DNA of 64,000 nucleotides from Histomonas meleagridis 2922-C6/04-290x (Eukaryota; Protista; Parabasalia): NCBI GenBank assembly GCA_020184695.1, contig JAANOX010000002.1, positions 496,001 to 560,000 of the forward strand, read 5' to 3'. Shown piece by piece: positions 57,593 to 64,000 of this stretch (position 1 is its first letter; each line of letters starts with the position of its first letter). The notes under the pieces were generated by a model. It saw only the letters and a program-made list of their open reading frames with translations, ran no database searches and was not told where the DNA came from. The position numbers and the translations under genes were made by a program.

Positions 57593-60500
57593 TTAATCAA
57601 TCAATTTATCAAATTTCAATAACTGTTTGTATGTGTCCTCCAAGTCCAACTGCGTTTTCGTTCTTCTATAAAATATCGGGCAGTCCGTTGCTGTGCAAAT
57701 GTTTGGGTTCACGAGCGACTTCTGGCATCTCTGGCACTGCGTCCACAGCTTTGTGTGCTCCTCTTCAGCGTATCTGTACTCCTTCAGCTTTTCCTGGTAT
57801 ATCTCTGTCACTCTATTTGCGCATTGGGAGCACACTGGCTTCTTACCCTTTGCGACAGCCGCCTTCCCGCACAGACACGTCTCCTGTATCTGCACGAACC
57901 CCAGCAGCGTATTCTTCTTTTGTTTCCCTTCGACTATTCTTAAAGGCGCGTGTTTCACATGTAATGTATGATCACCTTTCAGTAAACTTTCTACTTTCGA
58001 TTCTCCCATAATTGGAGTGAACAATCTTAGCAAAGGTTTCCGTAATTGGTTTTCTAAGTAATACTTTGTATCGATTTGTAACCCATTCTTCATGGCATAT
58101 ATCGGGTCTTCACTTTTATCACATGCGCGTGCATTAGCTTGTCCAGTTGTGATGATGAATGGGACTCGATCGCCTAAATGATAATGTTGACTCTTCGGAT
58201 CTCTCTTTTTCATCCTTTCGACTAACTCTGTATGTGGTTGTTTCCCTTTATAATCTTCTTTGGAAATGGCTTTAGTGATGACTAAGAACGACATATCAAT
58301 TCGATCATTTAATAAATCGGAGACTGCGCTTTTCACTATTTGAATTGCCTTTTCTTTATCACGTTTAATTAATAAGAAGTCTAATGCTTTTTGTAATAAG
58401 TTTTGTACTAATCGACAATTATCTCGTCGTACTGTTTCAATACCTTTTGCATCGATTGGACAATCTTCGTTAGGATCTGCTGTATGATGTAACAAACCTG
58501 CGTAATGTTTCTTAGAGATAAGTAAATATGGCTGATATACTTTTTCGAATTCTAATCGAATTGGCTTTGGAAATGATTCTGTTACATATTTAGCGGCATC
58601 TTGTCCTAACTCTATAGCTTCTGCTAATGATATATTACCAAAGTTAACCATAACTGAATCAGTATCTCCATAAACTATTTCGGCATTAAACTTATAACCA
58701 TTTGTTATATTATACTTTTGTATAACTGTGTTTTGTGTTTGTTGAATCATTTGACGTCCATATGATGTAATCGACTTACTAATCTCTAAACATGGTAATT
58801 TACCTTTTGTAGTTCCTGTAAATCCATATACTGAATTTGCAGAGACTTTTAATGCAAGTTGTCGACAATTTAAAACGTTCTTTCGTAATGGATCAGTCTC
58901 ATTCTTAATATCGGCTCTAGCTTTAGCTCGCGCACTTAATAACCCTTCTAGAATTTCTGGTAATACTCCTTTGATAACTTCTTTCCGTGCAAATGCTACG
59001 CCCGGCTCTGGTGATCTTTCATATTGTTCAGTATCATTAATATCATTATTACTATTACCAAATACCAATGTACAATAACATATGTTATGTGATATCATTA
59101 TAGATGGATATAGTGAAGCAAAATCTAATGTTGGAATTGGATTAGTATAATACCCAACTTTAGGTTCAATGACTGTAGCTCCTTTATAACCTACGCCTCG
59201 ATCATCTTCATCTCCCATAGATCCTTCAATATTTGGCCGTGAATAAAATGGTATTATCATACCACGTTTGTTAGCATTTGATAATAGTTGTGAGAATACT
59301 CGAATTTGTTGTCCACGTGATAATAAATATTTTAATGGAACTTTACAAACACGTGACAATTCAATAGATGTATATAATGTTAATAATTTCGTCATTAATC
59401 GTAATGGTAAAAATGCATCTTTCAAACAATACACTGCTAATCGATTTCGATCTTGTGCTGTCCCTTTTTGAAGTTTAGAGATCATAGAATAATGGACATC
59501 TTCTTTTTGATCACCTAAGAAATGAGCAGAGACATAGTTAAGAGAATATGATCGGAACTTATAATCTAAACTAATGGAAATATACATGTCAAAGTTAATG
59601 ACGCCCGGTATAGGTACTTCTTTGCCATCTCTTTTGCCTAATGCTTTGATGGCTTTTTTGGCATCTTTCACTTTGCTGATTTCGCCGCGATATCGTCCTA
59701 ACTCAGCAAATTCTTTACAGCCAATGGCATTAGCTCTGTTGACTAAGTACGGCCAGTCAAAGTTTTCGATGTTGTACCCAGTGATGATATCTGGATCATA
59801 AAACCGTATGAGTTTTTGAAAGGCTAAAAGAAGATCGCGCTCAAGCTCAAATTGATATAACGCTGAACCTGCAACTGGAGAACAGGTGTTGAGAACAAAT
59901 CCAGCAGAAAATGATGGTTCGGGATCTCCTAAGGTTTGGGTATAAACACAAATGTCAATGACAGGATCTTGTTCTGGTGTCGGAAAATGGTCTTGTTCAC
60001 CTCCGACTTCAATATCAAATGATAATATTCGTAACTGTGGCATGGTCATCCATTCGCCTTCTGTGTCATGGTGAATGAGGCTCTCATAGCCAGTATCAAG
60101 TTCTATCTGTGAAAATGTTTTACGTTCTTTGATTGGAATAATTGTGTATTTGCCATCTGGAATTGTGACCCAAGAACACCCTGTAATTGATCTGTCATCC
60201 ATAAAACGAATAACAAAGTCAACATTGGATTCATATGACATTGATTTAAAACCTGGAAATAGTCGATTTGATTCGATTTCAATTACTCGACGACATGTAG
60301 CAACATATGATGGCATTAAAGTAGTGATCTTAAGAAACCTCTCTGATGTAGGGTGATATCCCATGATACTTTTCTTGTCAACTATTTCAACTTTTCTGAT
60401 AGCAGATGTTTGATCTTTGACTTGTTTGGCCATACTTTCATTTAAAATTCTTTTCACTTCTGGTATTTTATCTGCTGAGAAATTTTTTGGTATTGATGTA

Positions 60501-60772
60501 TAAAAGTAAGGTTCAAAATTATGTACATGAGCACAAATACTATGACCTTCTTTATCAACACCATGAATATCAATAACAGCAACTGGTCCTGATGTTCGGC
60601 TATCATAATGTTTATTCGGGTTTTGAACTTGTCTGTAATCAATATCAATTGCACAGAAATCTATATCTCCGATTTTTGTAACATCGATTTCAGGACGTCC
60701 CCACTTTTCAGGGAAGTCTGGAATTTTACTTCCTTTGGATGTGAAAACGCATGGCCATGCTTTTGTTTCCAT
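57593..60772 (-). CDS. POLD1: DNA polymerase delta catalytic subunit
   Basis: ExoI SFDIE, ExoII GYNIENFD, ExoIII YCLKDA, LDFASLYPS, KVSANSVYG, YGDTDS, C-terminal CysB CQRC...CTATDCPIFY; first ATG at 60772. Confidence 0.97.
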   Translation of the reverse strand: METKAWPCVFTSKGSKIPDFPEKWGRPEIDVTKIGDIDFCAIDIDYRQVQNPNKHYDSRTSGPVAVIDIHGVDKEGHSICAHVHNFEPYFYTSIPKNFSADKIPEVKRILNESMAKQVKDQTSAIRKVEIVDKKSIMGYHPTSERFLKITTLMPSYVATCRRVIEIESNRLFPGFKSMSYESNVDFVIRFMDDRSITGCSWVTIPDGKYTIIPIKERKTFSQIELDTGYESLIHHDTEGEWMTMPQLRILSFDIEVGGEQDHFPTPEQDPVIDICVYTQTLGDPEPSFSAGFVLNTCSPVAGSALYQFELERDLLLAFQKLIRFYDPDIITGYNIENFDWPYLVNRANAIGCKEFAELGRYRGEISKVKDAKKAIKALGKRDGKEVPIPGVINFDMYISISLDYKFRSYSLNYVSAHFLGDQKEDVHYSMISKLQKGTAQDRNRLAVYCLKDAFLPLRLMTKLLTLYTSIELSRVCKVPLKYLLSRGQQIRVFSQLLSNANKRGMIIPFYSRPNIEGSMGDEDDRGVGYKGATVIEPKVGYYTNPIPTLDFASLYPSIMISHNICYCTLVFGNSNNDINDTEQYERSPEPGVAFARKEVIKGVLPEILEGLLSARAKARADIKNETDPLRKNVLNCRQLALKVSANSVYGFTGTTKGKLPCLEISKSITSYGRQMIQQTQNTVIQKYNITNGYKFNAEIVYGDTDSVMVNFGNISLAEAIELGQDAAKYVTESFPKPIRLEFEKVYQPYLLISKKHYAGLLHHTADPNEDCPIDAKGIETVRRDNCRLVQNLLQKALDFLLIKRDKEKAIQIVKSAVSDLLNDRIDMSFLVITKAISKEDYKGKQPHTELVERMKKRDPKSQHYHLGDRVPFIITTGQANARACDKSEDPIYAMKNGLQIDTKYYLENQLRKPLLRLFTPIMGESKVESLLKGDHTLHVKHAPLRIVEGKQKKNTLLGFVQIQETCLCGKAAVAKGKKPVCSQCANRVTEIYQEKLKEYRYAEEEHTKLWTQCQRCQKSLVNPNICTATDCPIFYRRTKTQLDLEDTYKQLLKFDKLID

Positions 60773-61538
60773 CCTTTCGAAATAAATAAACGTAAACGGT
60801 TGGGGGGACTTCCCCAAAAATAAAGAAAAACTTAAGTAATCATAAGATGGCTTAAAGTTTATTTTGGCTTATCACATTAAAAGCAAAAAGATGAGAAAGA
60901 AAACTAAAAGAAAGCTTTTTTGTGATAATTGTTTATTAATTAAAATGTTATTGTGAAGAAAAGAACAGGAAACAATTGAACAAAGAGCTTCACTTAGTCC
61001 TTTTTAATATGTGGTTCGATAAGTAAAATTTGTGGTAGAATTTAATTTTTTGGTCAGTTAATTTTAAAAAATATGTTAGTTGGTGGAACTTCTAGGCAAT
61101 CCTATTAGCTGCTAATACTTCTTTTATCAAAAAACTTCTCACTGAGATTAAACAATATCACATAGAAGATGAATGGTTTCCAATATCTCTTGAATTACTG
61201 AAGTAGGCCTTATTAAATAATTCGCCTTAAATTTTTTAAAATATTGTGTTTAGGAATTGTATCAGGTAATCAAAAAAATATTTGATTTTTATTTTTGGGC
61301 ATCCGTCTATAATAAAGTTTTACATTTTTATAAAAGAAATAAGATTCTATTAATTTATTGTTAACAAAGAATATAAAATTTTAACTAGTGATTTTTGCAA
61401 GGATGAAAGATATTTGCATGTGGTGTTTATTTTGCTTCTTGACTGGAATTCAACAAATGGTTCATCCGAAAACGGTCTCTTATAATAGTTCGAACAGAGT
61501 AATGTGAAAATTCATTTCTTATATCCTAAAGTTGGTCA

Positions 61539-62319
61539 ATGTTCTCACTTAATTTACCATCAACATCATATGAAATTAAAAATGAAAATGACCCACCACT
61601 TCAACCAGCTGATGTACCAGATCCATGTGCTTTCATCAAGAACCATCTTCACTTCAATTATGTTATGATCCAGCTGGATCTACAAGAATGGCAGCTTATC
61701 ACGGTACGACTTGCCTCTCTTTCATTTATGATGGTGGTATTGTTGTTGCTGTTGATTCTCGTGCAACAGGTGGATCCTTTATTTTCTCTGGAACTGTTAT
61801 GAAGATTCTTGATATTGCACCAAACATGGTTGGTACAATGGCAGGTGGTGCAGCTGATTGTCAATATTGGCTTCGTAACCTTAGCCACAGTAGGTCGTTT
61901 TGCACAAATTCCGCTATCAACAACCATTAACAGTTGCCGCTGCTTCAAAAATACTTGTTAATAACCTTTATCAATACAAAGGCTATGACTTATCAATTGG
62001 TTCATGATATGGATATGACAATACGGGTCCTCATATAGTTTTTATGTTGACAATGATGGATCTCGTATTGCAGGAAGCAGATTTTCTGTTGGTTCAGGTT
62101 CAACTTACGCGTTAGGTGTTTTAGATACAGACTGGAAATCAAATATGACAAAAAGAAGAAGCTTGCGCACTTGGACGAAAAGCTATCTATCATGCAACAT
62201 ATAGGGACTCAGGAAGTGGTGGACGTGTTACAGTTGTTCATATTACTGCAGCTGGAAAAGAATATGTATCACAAACTGATGTATTAGATTTACATGACTT
62301 TGAACACATGCCTGAGTAA
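61539..62319 (+). pseudogene. PSMB5: Proteasome subunit beta5 with multiple frameshifts
   Basis: Propeptide plus HG/TT active site, [43 protein letters not shown] spread over several frames. Confidence 0.88.
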
Positions 62320-62655
62320 ATACCGTTCTTTTTTAATTTTTTGGTGTGAAATATGCTTTTGAATGATAAAATTTTGAAAATTAATTTTATTTAAATTGAA
62401 GAGAAATTTAAAATATGGTGCAATTGTACTTTGATTCTCGTTCTGTGTTTCCGCCATTGTTTTCACTAGGTGGTGATGATGAACTTGGTCGAATCATTAA
62501 TGTTAATTTATAACCTCAATGGGTATAACCTTAGGCTATGTTATTGAATGACATTATAAACCCATAACTTAAAATTCCTGTGAAATAAAGTTAAATTGAG
62601 GACGGCACTAACAAGGCTTACACCTGTAAAACTGACAGTTTTAACATCTTATTTG

Positions 62656-62692
62656 AAAAATTCAAAACGGTTACGAAAAAATTCAAAACGGT
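62656..62692 (+). repeat. Tandem direct repeat matching the inner TIR of the Tc1-like element at 37979
   Basis: AAAAATTCAAAACGGT occurs twice at 21-nt spacing; TTACGAAAAAATTCAAAACGGT is nearly identical to the left TIR segment TTACGAAAAAATTTAAAACGGT. Confidence 0.6.
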
Positions 62693-64000
62693 CTCATGAA
62701 GTTTTTAAACGGTTGTAACAGAGGTATATAGGTGAAGTGACTTAACGTCTCCCAGAGGATTTGACATTTTTTATAATGATAGATATAATATTGGAATGAT
62801 ATAATTTTTTATTTAAAAAAAATAATTAATGCACAGATAAGATCCTAAGTGACCTTTATTTTTCGAGAATATATCTGCTGCCAATTTCGAGATCAAACCA
62901 AAATCAAAACATAAGAATAAAAACTTGATAGATCTCGAAAATTACACGAAATTTTTATTTACTTTTCTGATATGATAAACTTTGCAATGTATTATAATAT
63001 ATCATTAAATTTGATATGGTTTTATATGGCCATTTTTGAGAAAACATATCTTTTTTATGAGTATGGTCAGAAAAAAGTATCCTTTTTGAGAAAAGTGATC
63101 ACGACGATCATTTTTAACAGAAAATTAAGGGTACTGCAATCTGTCCACTTTATCGTGGGGGTATTTATAAAAATTTATTTGAAAAGTGGACAACATGCAG
63201 TGCTCTAAAAACAAAAAAAAGTTGTTTAATAAAATATGGATGTTTTAATCATCATTATATATCTTATTTTTTGAAATATATTAGCCGCGCAATGATTCCG
63301 CTATTTGCGGTTTCATTGATGCTATATTAATGTGTATCAACTAAAGAACTAATTTCATCAAGTTGTGATATAAAAGTTTTCATATCATATTTTAAAAATT
63401 CGGACGTTTATGGGTTACATAATTATTTAGAGAAATTGATAATATTAGGAACAGACCAATCCATTGGCTTATTGATTTTATCTGATTCATCGCAGATTTG
63501 ATCTATCTTGCAACCGCCATCATTAATTCTTTTTTGAATATGCAAATTAATATTATATTTTCTTGCTATGTGTTTTCTCATCTCAGCAAGAAACAATATA
63601 TATTCTATTGTGATTTCTGTGCTAAAAATCAAAGAAATCCAACAACTAAATATAAAAAACAGGAATGCATCACTATACAAATCAGCTTTCGACAATTAAA
63701 TAACATTTGTAAATGTAGACATTCGTAGTACATAACTATCTCTCATCTTTCCAATATGAGAAGAATCATCAAGCGCTTTATTTAAATTCAGAATACTTTT
63801 TACTTTTTGTTGGATTACTGTTTGGAAATATTTCGATTTCATGGGAAATATATCTACTTCTAATATTTTTTTAAGTGATGCAATGGATCACCAATTGGTA
63901 TTATTAAATTTTCTTTATTTAATATCTGCCAAATTTTCGAAGTTAGATTTGCATAATTTGTAGAACAACCTTTTATAATATATTAATTAAAAAATGTTTT

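Noticed and set aside
63423-63728. Short ORFs near the window end
   Set aside because: No motifs; AT-rich, probably decayed sequence.

Overview
AT-rich eukaryotic genomic DNA from a parabasalid (trichomonad, possibly Tritrichomonas-like; the species cannot be fixed from sequence alone). Evidence for the lineage: a hydrogenosomal pyruvate:ferredoxin oxidoreductase with an MLRNF/G leader, Inr (TCAYTT) and M5 (CCTTT) core promoters, a GTATGT...TCTAACACATAG intron, and BspA, DUF3447-ankyrin, Myb, Ras and saposin-like families. The window holds about 25 intact or near-intact genes (Rrp5 5' end, three divergent Ras-like GTPases, Myb, PLPBP/YggS, spliced ACAP ArfGAP, CDC73-N, TKL kinase, PFOR, PPP phosphatase, Sir2, RCC1-like, DNA polymerase delta and hypotheticals). 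It also holds a frameshifted proteasome beta5, many decayed DNA transposons (Tc1/IS630, pogo/DDE_1, mariner, Harbinger-like), Pif1-helicase fragments around a virus-like capsid ORF, and two microsatellites. Most striking signal (52530-54373, minus strand): eleven stop-free ankyrin-repeat coding cassettes, each preceded by an AT-rich, frame-breaking spacer of fixed length (ten of 68 nt, one of 69 nt) that lacks GT-AG ends but shares a conserved 3' motif. Removing the spacers rebuilds a clean ankyrin array with a natural C-terminus, which suggests an unrecognised non-canonical splicing, recoding or cassette system. Second: a saposin-like precursor that looks like a polyprotein of two saposin domains plus five small Cys-bonded hairpin peptides, all bounded by Asn residues and acidic spacers.
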